Below are positions 33,644-43,481 of a DNA stretch of 64,000 bases, piece after piece. Source of the stretch: Microbacterium sp. GTDB taxonomy: Bacteria; Actinomycetota; Actinomycetes; Actinomycetales; Microbacteriaceae. Position 1 is the stretch's first letter, and every line of letters starts with the position of its first letter. Made by a program: the position numbers and the translations under genes. The notes below the pieces were generated by a model that saw only the letters and a program-made list of their open reading frames with translations, was not told where the DNA came from and did not search any database. The stretch spans positions 23,539-87,538 of the forward strand of contig JAQZBG010000001.1 of assembly GCA_029239165.1 (NCBI GenBank). Reading direction: 5' to 3'.

Positions 33644-34402
33644 ATGGAGACGCTGAGGACGGAGGACCGCGGCGATCGCCTCGTCGTCGAGCTGCACCGG
33701 CCGGCAGTGCGGAACGCGATCGACGACGTGATGGCCGGTGAGCTGCACGAGGTCTGCAACGACCTCGAACGGCATCCGCGGATTCTGATCGTCACGGGTG
33801 CCAGCACGCCCGACAAAGGCGTGTTCGCGAGCGGTGCCGACATCCGGACTCTGCTCGAACGAGGACGAGATCAGGCGCTGCGCGGTTTCAACGCGCGGAT
33901 ATTCGCGCGCATCGCGGCGCTGCCCATGCCGGTCATCGCCGCTGTCGACGGCTACGCGATCGGAGGGGGCGCGGAGCTCGCCTACGCCGCGGACATCCGC
34001 GTCGCCTCTGACCGTGCCGTGTTCGGCAACCCGGAGGCGGGTCTGGGCATCATCGCCGCGGCCGGCGGGACTTGGCGGCTCCCTCGCCTGGTGGGAGAGC
34101 CGCTCGCGAGGGAGATCCTGCTCGCCGGCCGGCGACTGTCCGCGACGGAGGCGCTCGAGGCGCACCTCGTCGCGTCGGTGCACAAGCCCGAGGAGTTGGC
34201 AGCTGCCGCGGACCGCCTCGCGGACCATATCGCGGCGCAGGATCCCCTCGCCGTGCAACTGACCAAGCGAGTCCTTGACGCCCCTCCCGGATCCCACCCC
34301 CTGGTGGATGATCTCGCACAGGCGATCCTGTTCGAGTCGGACCAGAAGCGGGAACGGATGATGAAGTTCCTCGAGCGGTCCACCGGCAGCGGCTCCCCCT
34401 GA
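33644..34402 (+). CDS. Enoyl-CoA hydratase/isomerase
   Basis: FASGADI, AIGGGAELA, FGNPEAGLGI. Confidence 0.88.
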   Translation: METLRTEDRGDRLVVELHRPAVRNAIDDVMAGELHEVCNDLERHPRILIVTGASTPDKGVFASGADIRTLLERGRDQALRGFNARIFARIAALPMPVIAAVDGYAIGGGAELAYAADIRVASDRAVFGNPEAGLGIIAAAGGTWRLPRLVGEPLAREILLAGRRLSATEALEAHLVASVHKPEELAAAADRLADHIAAQDPLAVQLTKRVLDAPPGSHPLVDDLAQAILFESDQKRERMMKFLERSTGSGSP

Positions 34403-34413
34403 TCGGGAGTCGG

Positions 34414-34866
34414 CTAGTGAGCCGGGAGGCGATCCCGGTTGTAGGTGATCTCCGTGTAGCCGTGAGGAATCGGCGCGCCGTCGCCGTCGAGGCTCACGAA
34501 GACGATGCGTTCTATGGCGAGGATGCGCTCTCTGGTGATGATGTTGCGCACCTCGGCTCGCATGGTGAGCGACGTCCGACCGAATCTCGTCGCCCGAATC
34601 CCGAGCTCCACGAGATCACCCTGTCGCGCGGAGCTGACGAAGTCGATCTCCGACATGAACTTCGTGACGGCGCGGTGGTTTCCGAGCTGGATGATGGCGT
34701 AGATCGCCGCCTCTTCATCGATCCAACGAAGGAGGCTTCCTCCGAAGAGCGTGCCGTGCGCGTTCAGGTCTTCCGGTTTCACCCACCGCCGCGATCGGAA
34801 GACGAGCACATCGTCGGGCTCGGACGAGTCCTTCATCTCGTTGCTCACTTCGCCGGTTCCTGGCAT
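34414..34866 (-). CDS. Hot-dog-fold acyl-CoA thioesterase
   Basis: KPEDLNAHGTLFGGSLLRWIDEEA. Confidence 0.88.
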   Translation of the reverse strand: MPGTGEVSNEMKDSSEPDDVLVFRSRRWVKPEDLNAHGTLFGGSLLRWIDEEAAIYAIIQLGNHRAVTKFMSEIDFVSSARQGDLVELGIRATRFGRTSLTMRAEVRNIITRERILAIERIVFVSLDGDGAPIPHGYTEITYNRDRLPAH

Positions 34867-35621
34867 CAGCCGAAGACGACGCCGCCGTTGACGTGAATGA
34901 TCTGACCGGTGATGGTTCCGACATCAGGGGCGAGAAGGAAGGCGATGGCGGAGGCGATCTCGTCCGGCTTGGACAGACGCCCGAGGAGGGACATCCCCGC
35001 GATCCTGTCTCGGTCACTGTCGGACAGCACGTCCGTCATGGGCGTCTCCGTAGCACCGGGCGCGACCATGTTCACCCGGACCCGGTGGGGTGCAAGTTCT
35101 CGTGCATACCCGCGCACGAGCCCGATCAGCGCCGCCTTCGATGTAGCGTAGGCGCCGTTGCCCATGAGCCCTCCTCCGGTGAACGCTGCCGCGCTCCCCA
35201 GAACCACCACGGATCCGGCGGGATCCGACCTCATCAGGTACGGAGCCGCCGCGGCGATGGTGTTCTGCACGCCGACGACGTTGATGTCCAGCACCCGCCG
35301 GAATTCACTCACATCAATGTCGAGGAGGGATGCGCGACTCACGATTCCCGCGGCGGCCACGACGCCGGTGATGACCCCCTCGCCAGCGAAGCGCTCCGCC
35401 GCACGTCGCATCGCATCGCTGTCGGCGACGTTCGCGCCGATAGCGACGTGCCCTGCGCCGGGCAGTGTCTCGATGGCCTGTTGAGCCGCTTCGGGGTTGA
35501 CGTCGACGATCGCCACGCGAGCGCCGCGGTCCGCGGCTTGGCGGGCGCACGTCAGCCCGATTCCCGAGGCACCACCGGTGATAAGGACGGCCTCATCGGT
35601 GATGGATGCGTTGATGGCCAC
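34866..35621 (-). CDS. Short-chain dehydrogenase/reductase
   Basis: TGGASGIG, YATSK, TGQIIHVNGG. Confidence 0.88.
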   Translation of the reverse strand: MAINASITDEAVLITGGASGIGLTCARQAADRGARVAIVDVNPEAAQQAIETLPGAGHVAIGANVADSDAMRRAAERFAGEGVITGVVAAAGIVSRASLLDIDVSEFRRVLDINVVGVQNTIAAAAPYLMRSDPAGSVVVLGSAAAFTGGGLMGNGAYATSKAALIGLVRGYARELAPHRVRVNMVAPGATETPMTDVLSDSDRDRIAGMSLLGRLSKPDEIASAIAFLLAPDVGTITGQIIHVNGGVVFG

Positions 35622-35655
35622 GAAAACTCTCCTGACTTCTTGACTGAGCTACGGA

Positions 35656-36645
35656 TCAGAGGATTGCGAGGGAGTTGGCCGGACTGCCGACTCCCCCGAC
35701 GACGTTGAGCGGTTCTCCGGTCACCAGGAAGTCGTAGAACCCGGTGTGCGCACATTCGTCCGCAAGTGCGTCCAGGTCCCAGAGCTCGCCGATGGTAAGT
35801 CCGAGAAGGGGAATCAGGATGCGATGCAGCATCCCGCTGTGGGACGAACGGCCCAGCATGCCGTCCCGCTCGGCCCTCGTGGTCAGTGTCGACTCCGTCG
35901 CGGGCCATGCCTCCAAAGCGATGTTGTCGGCTGCGACCATCGCCACGCGGCGGTCCCACAGCCAGGCAGCTGTTGCTTCCTGTTGCGCCAGGCCAGGACT
36001 GACGAGGGGGTTGGTCCGTTGCGCGCCGGGACGTCGGATGTGTTCCAGCCAACCGAAGCGGATCAGCAGGATGTCGCCGGGCCGCAGGGACACTCCCTGC
36101 CGGTCGAGCGCATCATCGATGTCCGAGGTCGGGATCTGCTCGTTCGAGTCCTGGTCGATAGGTCGGCCGGACGCCGCACGGTGCCGTCCGACGTCGACGA
36201 GGACTCCGCGGCCGGCGATCCCGGCCTCTGCGACCCGCTGAATGCCGAGGGCTGGCTCCCCGGCCGTCAGCAGCTCTCCGGACACGTTGTTGTAGAAGCC
36301 GTGGTCCGGGTGGCCGAAGTGCCGGAGCCCGTCGATCTGCGTCGACGCCTGTGTGAAGAGATTGTCGATTCGCTCGTCGCGATGAAACTCGTTCAGCCCG
36401 AAGACGTGATGATCGATGGATCCGCGATGAGCGATCAACGGTGGGTCGAACGCATCGAGCGGAAGGTTCAGGTTCACCCGCACCCCCCGTCGGACGGAAC
36501 GCACCGCCTCACGGACGCGTTCCGGAGTGAGGTGATTGAGGGTGCCGAGCTCATCGTCGACGCCGAACACTTCCCACGCCGTACCGCGCAGCGCACCCGG
36601 TCGCTCGAGGAGTTCCGCGTATGTCGGGAAGTGTTCGGCGTGCAC
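35656..36645 (-). CDS. Cyclase-family (kynurenine-formamidase-like) metal hydrolase
   Basis: GTG 36645 with AGGAG RBS; DELGTLNHLT, TQASTQIDGLRH, GRGVLVD, GDILLIRFG, DNIALE, GELWDL, GVGSPAN. Confidence 0.82.
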   Translation of the reverse strand: MHAEHFPTYAELLERPGALRGTAWEVFGVDDELGTLNHLTPERVREAVRSVRRGVRVNLNLPLDAFDPPLIAHRGSIDHHVFGLNEFHRDERIDNLFTQASTQIDGLRHFGHPDHGFYNNVSGELLTAGEPALGIQRVAEAGIAGRGVLVDVGRHRAASGRPIDQDSNEQIPTSDIDDALDRQGVSLRPGDILLIRFGWLEHIRRPGAQRTNPLVSPGLAQQEATAAWLWDRRVAMVAADNIALEAWPATESTLTTRAERDGMLGRSSHSGMLHRILIPLLGLTIGELWDLDALADECAHTGFYDFLVTGEPLNVVGGVGSPANSLAIL

Positions 36646-36650
36646 GGCGA

Positions 36651-37136
36651 TCAGACTCCTGCGGAGGATTCCGTCGAGCCGTCCGTTTCGTCGGACGTGT
36701 CGACGACCTGGTGGATCTCGATCATGTTCCCGGCGGGGTCCGTGAGGAAGATCTGGTGCCATCCCTCGACCGACCAGATACCCCAGTCGTCGAACGGGAT
36801 GCCGTTGTCCGTGAGCTGCTGCTTGATCTCTTCGATGTTGTCGGTGCGGAATGCGAAGTGGCCCTGGATGAGGGGATTCACGCTGTGACCCTCTTGCGCG
36901 GCCAGGTACGGCTGCCGCTGGGTCGCGTGGATCTGGAGCTCGGTCGGGTCGCCCGCCTCGAAGAACTTGGCACTGTTGTCCCAAGCGGCGTCTCCGTCGG
37001 ACGTGCCGCTTGCCGAAGTCGCGATCATCGGCGGGGACGGGAGGAGGTTCAGCCCGAGGGCTTCGCCATAGAACCTGGTGAGGATGCTCATGTCGTCGGA
37101 GGTGACGTTCACGTGGTGGAGGCGCAGAGTGGCCAT
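36651..37136 (-). CDS. VOC/glyoxalase-family protein
   Basis: LHHVN, FY...LGL, QIH, GHFAF, FLTDPAGNMIEI. Confidence 0.85.
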   Translation of the reverse strand: MATLRLHHVNVTSDDMSILTRFYGEALGLNLLPSPPMIATSASGTSDGDAAWDNSAKFFEAGDPTELQIHATQRQPYLAAQEGHSVNPLIQGHFAFRTDNIEEIKQQLTDNGIPFDDWGIWSVEGWHQIFLTDPAGNMIEIHQVVDTSDETDGSTESSAGV

Positions 37137-37175
37137 GACAGTCCTTTCATTGGGGGGCGTGGTCTCGAGGGAGGC

Positions 37176-38351
37176 TCAGCGGTCGGTGCGATAGTGGGCG
37201 AGTTTGCCTGGGTCGATTTCAATACCGAGACCCGGACCCGGAACGACACTCATCTGTCCGTTCTCGATCACGAGCGGCTCGGTCAGCAGATGATCTGCCA
37301 TGTCGAGATAGTTCGAGAGCTCGGCGGCATGCCTGCTGGTGGAGCGCCGAGCTGCGCCGAAGGCCAACGAACAGACCGTGCCGACGTGCGCGTCGATCTG
37401 GTTTCCGATCACCGTCTCGACCCCAAGACCCTCCGCCAAATTCGCAACGCGAAGGGAGTCCGAGAATCCGGTGCGCGCTGTCTTGATACTGATGGCATTC
37501 GCCGCGCCGGACAGGATCTCGCGTGTCACCTCCGCGGGAGTCGCGGCGCTTTCATCCGCGACGAAGGGGACCGGACACTGGGCCACGAGCCACCGACGCC
37601 CGAGGACGTCGTCGGCGGGACACAGCTCCTCGACCCGTGAGAGGCCGACGTCGCTGAGCATGCGCAGCGCTTCTGCTGATTCGGATGCGGTCCATCCCCG
37701 GTTTCCGTCGATGTAGATCTCGACATCGTCACCCAGCGTGTCGCGAACGACCCGGCAGACCTCGACGTCGCGGCTGATGGGTCGTTGGCCGACCTTGATC
37801 TTGAAGCTGGTGATACCCAGGACGTCCCGGAGAGCGATCGCCTGCTCTGCGACCGCTTGCGGGGGGTCGAATCCCAGCATGTGACTCACCCGTAGCGAGC
37901 CGGTATATCCACCGAGCAGATTGTGAACGGAGACGCCTAACGTTTTGCCGAGCGCGTCCCACATCGCCATGTCCAGTGCAGCCTTGGCGGTGTGGTTCGC
38001 CACTGTCCGCTCCACCTTCTCTCGCGCCCGTTCCCGGTCGAGGGGGGTGAGCCCGACGATCACTGGAGCGAATAGCCGATCGATCGCCGCGACGATCGAT
38101 TCCTGCGTCTCGCCATAGGTATACGGGCGCGGCGGCGCTTCGGCGATGCCCACGATGCCGTCTTCGGTCGTGACCTGCACGAGCACGTTGTCGGCCACGT
38201 CAATCGATCCGCTCGCGAAGTGCAAGGGTTTGGCGTACGGGATCGCGTACGGAATCGCCGCGACCGAAACGATCTTCGGGAGGGACACCGCATGCGCACC
38301 CGTTGTGCGCAACTCAGAGTCGGTCGCGGTGAGGCGTGTCGTATCGGTCAT
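37176..38351 (-). CDS. Muconate-lactonizing enzyme (enolase superfamily; mycobacterial 'anti'-MLE type)
   Basis: EAPPRPYTYGET, KIKVG, DGNRGW, EELC, ADES, SIKTARTG, GNQID, ELSN; from memory, close to the M. smegmatis MLE. Confidence 0.82.
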   Translation of the reverse strand: MTDTTRLTATDSELRTTGAHAVSLPKIVSVAAIPYAIPYAKPLHFASGSIDVADNVLVQVTTEDGIVGIAEAPPRPYTYGETQESIVAAIDRLFAPVIVGLTPLDRERAREKVERTVANHTAKAALDMAMWDALGKTLGVSVHNLLGGYTGSLRVSHMLGFDPPQAVAEQAIALRDVLGITSFKIKVGQRPISRDVEVCRVVRDTLGDDVEIYIDGNRGWTASESAEALRMLSDVGLSRVEELCPADDVLGRRWLVAQCPVPFVADESAATPAEVTREILSGAANAISIKTARTGFSDSLRVANLAEGLGVETVIGNQIDAHVGTVCSLAFGAARRSTSRHAAELSNYLDMADHLLTEPLVIENGQMSVVPGPGLGIEIDPGKLAHYRTDR

Positions 38352-38385
38352 AATCGTCGCTCCTGACGGGTCGATCGGTGTGCGT

Positions 38386-39738
38386 TCAGCGTCGAGCAGC
38401 GGCCGGCTCGGCCAGATGGACGTCAGCGGCGAGACCGCCGGTCTCGCGGTCGGCCCAGCTGATCAAGAAGTAGGTCAGCACGGTCGCGATGGCGAAGAAC
38501 CCCGACATGAGGAGGAGGCCGGCACTCGTCGATCCGGTGCTGTCCGTGAGTGCGCCGAGGATGTACGGCCCGACGAGTCCGCTGAGGTTGCCGACGGAGT
38601 TGACGAATGCAATGGAGACCGCGGCGAGCGCACCTGCATAGACCTGGAGGATCGTGGCCTGGAAGGTCGACAGCGCTCCGAAGAAGCCGATCGCTGCGAT
38701 CGTGATCCCGCCGAGAGCGAGGAACGGATTCCCCGAGATGACGCCGAGGAAGAGTCCGATCGCCGCGGCCGCCATCAGCCCGGTGAGGTGCCACTTCCGG
38801 TCCCCGGTCCGCTTGATGCTCCGCAGCACGATGAACATGCTGATCGCGGCGATCACCCATGGGATAGCGGAGACGAACCCGGACTCGACGACGCCGAGCC
38901 CGAACTGCTCCTTGACGATGGTGGGCAGGAAATACGTGATCGACCAGTAGCCGATCAGCATGCTGAAGTAGGTCGCCGCGAACACCCAGAGGGACGGACG
39001 ACGCATGGCGCCGGTGAACGCCTTGAACGTGTGCGCTTCCGCCGACTGCGGCTGAGTCGTGCTCGAGGCGAGGTAGTCCTTCTCCTCGTCGGTGAGCCAC
39101 TTCGCCTTCGCCGGTGTCGAGGGGAGCGCAAAGAAGATGTAGATCGCCAACGCAATGGCCGGGATGCCCTCGATGATGAACACCCAGCGCCATCCGGCTA
39201 CACCGCCGACGCCGTCAAGGAGCAGGATCGACGACGTCACGACGGAGCCGATGCACAGCGCAATGGGGACCGCGAGATTGAGGTACGAGTAAGCGCGAGG
39301 CAGCAGGTGAGCCGGGAACCACAGGGCGAGGAACAGCGCAACACCGGGCGAGTACCCCGCCTCGGCGAGGCCCAGGAGGAAGCGCATGATGTAGAGCGTC
39401 ACCTCGTTCTGCATGAACGCCATACCGACGGTGACGATGCCCCAGGTGAGCATGATGCGTCCGAGCCAGAGACGCGCTCCAACCTTGGACAGGATCATGT
39501 TAGACGGGATCTCGAAGACGAGATAGCCGATGTAGAAGAACCCCGCCGCGAGGCCGAAGGACGCCGCAGTCAGGCCGAGATCCAGCGACAGCGGGCCGGC
39601 GATGACGCCAAGGTTCGCGCGGTCGATGTATGAGATGAACATGCCGAGCATCACGATTGGCAGAATTTTGACCGCCATCTTGCGGTGCACCCGAGCTTGG
39701 ACTGCAGGAGTCGCCGTCACGGCGGACTGAGCTGTCAT
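38386..39738 (-). CDS. MFS anion:cation symporter-family transporter
   Basis: YIDRANLG, FEIPSN, GAR.W..RIM..WG, RFLLGLAEAG, GWRW.FIIEGIP. Confidence 0.9.
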   Translation of the reverse strand: MTAQSAVTATPAVQARVHRKMAVKILPIVMLGMFISYIDRANLGVIAGPLSLDLGLTAASFGLAAGFFYIGYLVFEIPSNMILSKVGARLWLGRIMLTWGIVTVGMAFMQNEVTLYIMRFLLGLAEAGYSPGVALFLALWFPAHLLPRAYSYLNLAVPIALCIGSVVTSSILLLDGVGGVAGWRWVFIIEGIPAIALAIYIFFALPSTPAKAKWLTDEEKDYLASSTTQPQSAEAHTFKAFTGAMRRPSLWVFAATYFSMLIGYWSITYFLPTIVKEQFGLGVVESGFVSAIPWVIAAISMFIVLRSIKRTGDRKWHLTGLMAAAAIGLFLGVISGNPFLALGGITIAAIGFFGALSTFQATILQVYAGALAAVSIAFVNSVGNLSGLVGPYILGALTDSTGSTSAGLLLMSGFFAIATVLTYFLISWADRETGGLAADVHLAEPAAARR

Positions 39739-39803
39739 GTTTTCCTCTTCCTTGAGTGGGGAGCGCTCATCCGTCCCTCGAACACGAAGGTAAGTTGCGG
39801 AAT

Positions 39804-40748
39804 CTATTCCTGTCCAATAGCAAATATGAACGGATTATTAGCGTAACCAGAAAGGTCGGGTGAGGGCAGGACGTCCTTGGAGGCTTCCAACACCGTTCGC
39901 AATGCTGGAGATGTATTGTCCCGGCGCCATGCCAGGGTCGCGAACATGTGACTCGGGTGGATATCGATCAACGGGCGGTAAACGATGCCGACCGTGTGCA
40001 CGGGTGAGACGGAACTGAGCGTGATCGTCACTCCTACCCCCGCTGCCACCAATGCCAGGACGGTGGCAGAATCGGGCGCGACTTGGCTCACCCGAGGGTT
40101 GAACCCCGCAGTGACGCACAGCGCGAACATCGTCGCCTGCAGGATGGATCCCTGATCACTGGGGAGACTGACGAATTCTTCGTTCCGCAGGTCAGCGAGC
40201 CGGATCCCCTCCTCGTCAGCGAGGCGATGGCCTGCAGGCAATGCGCAGACGATCTCCTCCACTTCGATCACCCGAAAATCGAGATCGGGGTGAGTCGAGG
40301 GGAGTCGCGAGAAGGCCAGATCCAGCTCCCCGCTTCGAAGCATTTCCGTAGCGGAGAAGACGTACGCCTGCGACTGCATCTGCAGTTCGATGCCGGGATG
40401 AGACTCCCGTATCGCGCGGCTGAGCAGCGGGAGCGATCTCTGTGATGACGCGCCGGCGAACCCCAGACGAACCCGCCCCTGCTCTCCCGTGACGATGGCG
40501 TCAGCGACCGACCGAGCGATGGAGAGTTGCGTGAGCACCTGTCGTGCCGGCGCGAGCAATCGCTGCCCTGCCTCGGTCAGACTTACGTTCCTCGTGCTGC
40601 GCGTGAACAGTTGCACCCTCAGGTCGGCTTCCAGCTGACGAATGCGGTTGCTCAGCGGTGGCTGCGAGATGTGGAGCCGTTCGGCCGCCCGACCGAAATG
40701 GAGCTCTTCGGCGACGGCCACAAAGGCCTCGATGTCCTTCAGTTCCAT
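39804..40748 (-). CDS. LysR-family regulator
   Basis: MELKDIEAFVAVAEELHFGRAAERLHISQPPLS. Confidence 0.92.
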   Translation of the reverse strand: MELKDIEAFVAVAEELHFGRAAERLHISQPPLSNRIRQLEADLRVQLFTRSTRNVSLTEAGQRLLAPARQVLTQLSIARSVADAIVTGEQGRVRLGFAGASSQRSLPLLSRAIRESHPGIELQMQSQAYVFSATEMLRSGELDLAFSRLPSTHPDLDFRVIEVEEIVCALPAGHRLADEEGIRLADLRNEEFVSLPSDQGSILQATMFALCVTAGFNPRVSQVAPDSATVLALVAAGVGVTITLSSVSPVHTVGIVYRPLIDIHPSHMFATLAWRRDNTSPALRTVLEASKDVLPSPDLSGYANNPFIFAIGQE

Positions 40749-40909
40749 GCTGCGCACCTTCCCTGTTGATGACGACTATTAGCTTCTCGATATCAAACCA
40801 CCCTCTATTCGTCATGGACCCGGATTGATCTTCCTGGTTCTGTAGTGAACGCGGGTCAATGAGACGACCCCCTAGGACGACGCGGTTCACGACGGAGGAG
40901 CTCCTGCCC

Positions 40910-41620
40910 ATGACGCAACGACTGCTGGTCACCGGAGGCGCGTCCGGAATCGGGCGCGCGATCGCCCGACACGGTGTCGACGAAGGCTGGGATGTGACCG
41001 TCATCGACCGCGCCCAGGGGGATGTCGGCCGAACATTGCTCGCGGACCTCTCGGACCCGACGAGTACCGGCCAAGCGCTCACGGAAGCCCTCGCAGACGG
41101 ACCGATCACGCGCCTCGTAAACAACGTGGGCGCCGTATTTCCGGCCTCTCTGGAGGAGCAGACCCTCGGGGATCTCGACAGCTCGTTCTCGCTTAACCTA
41201 CGCGCGGCCGTCCAGTGCGCTCAAGCTCTCATTCCGGGCATGACCGAAGCGGGCTTCGGTCGCATCGTGAACATGTCCTCTCGGGCGGCGCTCGGCAAGG
41301 AACTGCGCACGGCTTACGCCGCTGCGAAGGCCGGACTCATCGGGGTCACTCGCGTGTGGGCGCTGGAACTCGGCGCGCGAGGCATCACGGTCAACGCCAT
41401 CGGCCCCGGCCCCATCGCGACCGACCTTTTCATGAAGGCCAACCCGGCCGACTCGCCGCGCACGCGCGCGATCATCGAGTCCGTGCCGGTCGGGCGACTC
41501 GGCACACCTGAGGACATCGCGCACGCCGCCGGGTATTTCCTCGACGACCGATCCGGCTTTGTGACGGGCCAGACCTTGTACGTCTGCGGCGGACTCACAG
41601 TCGGCGTGAACACGATCTAG
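40910..41620 (+). CDS. Short-chain dehydrogenase/reductase
   Basis: TGGASGIG, VNNVG, YAAAK, TGQTLYVCGG. Confidence 0.88.
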   Translation: MTQRLLVTGGASGIGRAIARHGVDEGWDVTVIDRAQGDVGRTLLADLSDPTSTGQALTEALADGPITRLVNNVGAVFPASLEEQTLGDLDSSFSLNLRAAVQCAQALIPGMTEAGFGRIVNMSSRAALGKELRTAYAAAKAGLIGVTRVWALELGARGITVNAIGPGPIATDLFMKANPADSPRTRAIIESVPVGRLGTPEDIAHAAGYFLDDRSGFVTGQTLYVCGGLTVGVNTI

Positions 41621-41623
41621 GAG

Positions 41624-42673
41624 ATGCGACCGATGAAAGCCATCCGAAAGCTCCGTCACGAATCCGGCACCGACTTTGTCACCGATGCTCCCGAACCCGG
41701 GCGTCCCGGCGTGGGGCAGATCAAGGTCCGAGTCGCCGCAGCATCCGTGTGTGGGTCCGACGTCAGCGTCGCCCGCTACACGCCCGCCGGTCAGTCCTTC
41801 AAGCTCGATCTGCCCGTCACCATGGGCCACGAAGGCGCCGGCATCGTCGTCGACGTCGGCGAGGGGGTGACGACGTTCACGATCGGTGATCATGTCGCAC
41901 TCGAGTCCCATATCGCGTGCTTCGAGTGCTACCAGTGCGGAATGGGCAACGCCCACATCTGCGAACGGATGCGTCTGCTGGGACTTCACGTGGATGGGCT
42001 GTTCGCCGAGTTCTGCACCGTCCCGGCACGCGCCGCGTACAAGCTGCCAGACAGCATCCCCCTCGAACACGCCGCCTTGCTGGAACCGTCCGGTGTCGCG
42101 CTCCACGCCATCCAAGCCACGGGCGAACCACTTCTCGGACAACGCGTCCTCGTCACCGGCGCAGGGCCGGTCGGTCTGTTCATCGCCGAACTCGCCATGC
42201 TTGCCGGCGCAGCACGGGTCGTCGTCGTCGAACCCAATGAATGGCGTCGGGAGTTCGCCGAGTCCCGCGGTGCCGTCGCGGTGCCTCCCACTTCGGAGGC
42301 CGGTAGGCTCCGTGCCCACTCCGGTCGGTCCGGGTTCGATGTCGCCTTCGAAGCGTCCGGCCATCCGAGCAGCTTCCCGGCGGCTGTGGAGGCGATCCGC
42401 GGGGGAGGGACGTATGTATCGGTGGGCTTCGGCGACGCACCGCTCGTCATCGACGCGGGCGAATACCTGAACCGTCGGGGCATCCGCATGATCGGTTCCT
42501 TCGGCCGGCTGCTGTGGTCCACTTGGAACACGCTGGTGAGTCTCGTAGAGGAGGGCCGCCTCGATCTCGCCGCGTTCATCACGCACCGGCTTCCGTTGTC
42601 CGAGTTCGACCAAGCCCTCTGGTTGCTCAGCGGCGACGCCTGCAAGGTGCTCCTGATTCCTTCGGCGGACTAA
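41624..42673 (+). CDS. Zn-dependent alcohol dehydrogenase (threonine-dehydrogenase-like MDR)
   Basis: CGSD, GHEGAG, CFECYQC...C, GAGPVG. Confidence 0.85.
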   Translation: MRPMKAIRKLRHESGTDFVTDAPEPGRPGVGQIKVRVAAASVCGSDVSVARYTPAGQSFKLDLPVTMGHEGAGIVVDVGEGVTTFTIGDHVALESHIACFECYQCGMGNAHICERMRLLGLHVDGLFAEFCTVPARAAYKLPDSIPLEHAALLEPSGVALHAIQATGEPLLGQRVLVTGAGPVGLFIAELAMLAGAARVVVVEPNEWRREFAESRGAVAVPPTSEAGRLRAHSGRSGFDVAFEASGHPSSFPAAVEAIRGGGTYVSVGFGDAPLVIDAGEYLNRRGIRMIGSFGRLLWSTWNTLVSLVEEGRLDLAAFITHRLPLSEFDQALWLLSGDACKVLLIPSAD

Positions 42674-42838
42674 TCCTTCAGCTTCCGGAGACCTTCACGG
42701 TCGACGAACAGACCCTCACTAGACCCGTTGGCAGTAGGACCGCGATACACGCGCATGACCGATACAGGGCGCCTGGGGGAAGCGCCCCGATCGCACGTGC
42801 AGCGCCCTACCTGCACGCGTCCCACGATCGTGTCGGCG

Positions 42839-43156
42839 CTAGATTTCGCCGATCGCTTGGCCGAGCTGCAGGTACAGCTCGCTGACAGCCGCGTCCTCAA
42901 CTCGGTACCGGATCCATTGGCCACGTGCAGCCGTCTCCCGCGGGGGGTCAGCCGAGACCAGCCCGACTTCCACCAAGCCCGACAGTGCCACGGACGCGGT
43001 TTGACTGTTGAGTTCAAGCGCTCGCGCGATTTCCGCACGAGTCTGCCCCGGGTGCTGTCGCAAGTAGCCGATGATGCCGGCGCGCACCATGTTCCCGAAC
43101 GTCTTGATGGGGTCCTCCGCATGCTCAGCATTCGCGGGTCGGACGTACTTCGGCAT
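42839..43156 (-). CDS. ArsR-like wHTH regulator, divergent from the conjugation operon
   Basis: FGNMVRAGIIGYL..HPG.TRAEIARALEL...L..LVE.GLV...RY. Confidence 0.7.
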   Translation of the reverse strand: MPKYVRPANAEHAEDPIKTFGNMVRAGIIGYLRQHPGQTRAEIARALELNSQTASVALSGLVEVGLVSADPPRETAARGQWIRYRVEDAAVSELYLQLGQAIGEI

Positions 43157-43481
43157 GCACCCAGTTTCCCTCAGTGCTCCGACGTCGTCCACAAGAGTGA
43201 CTGAATTAACTCTTCACATAATCAAGTGTATGGTTATACCCTTCACTCATGTCAAAGATGCGTCAGCACCGCCACCGACCTCCGTTTGGGGTCGGCCTGC
43301 GCAGGATTGGCCTTGGCCGCTCGCCGCACTCATCGTCCGGGTCTGGACTGGTTATCCACAGGAGCGCACATGAGTTCTCCGGGTGCTCCCACGTTTTGGT
43401 TAGCTGGCACGTACGGCGACTCGTGGATGTGTCGTGCTCTACGGCAACGGTGGCCGTCTCGAGAGATCGGGAGGGCAGGTA

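Noticed and set aside
41624-42673. Calling the Zn-dehydrogenase tdh or chnD
   Set aside because: Family motifs only; no kbl neighbour and no substrate evidence
43352-43360. Perfect DnaA box TTATCCACA in the tra promoter region
   Set aside because: Single copy with no cluster or rep gene; insufficient to call an origin
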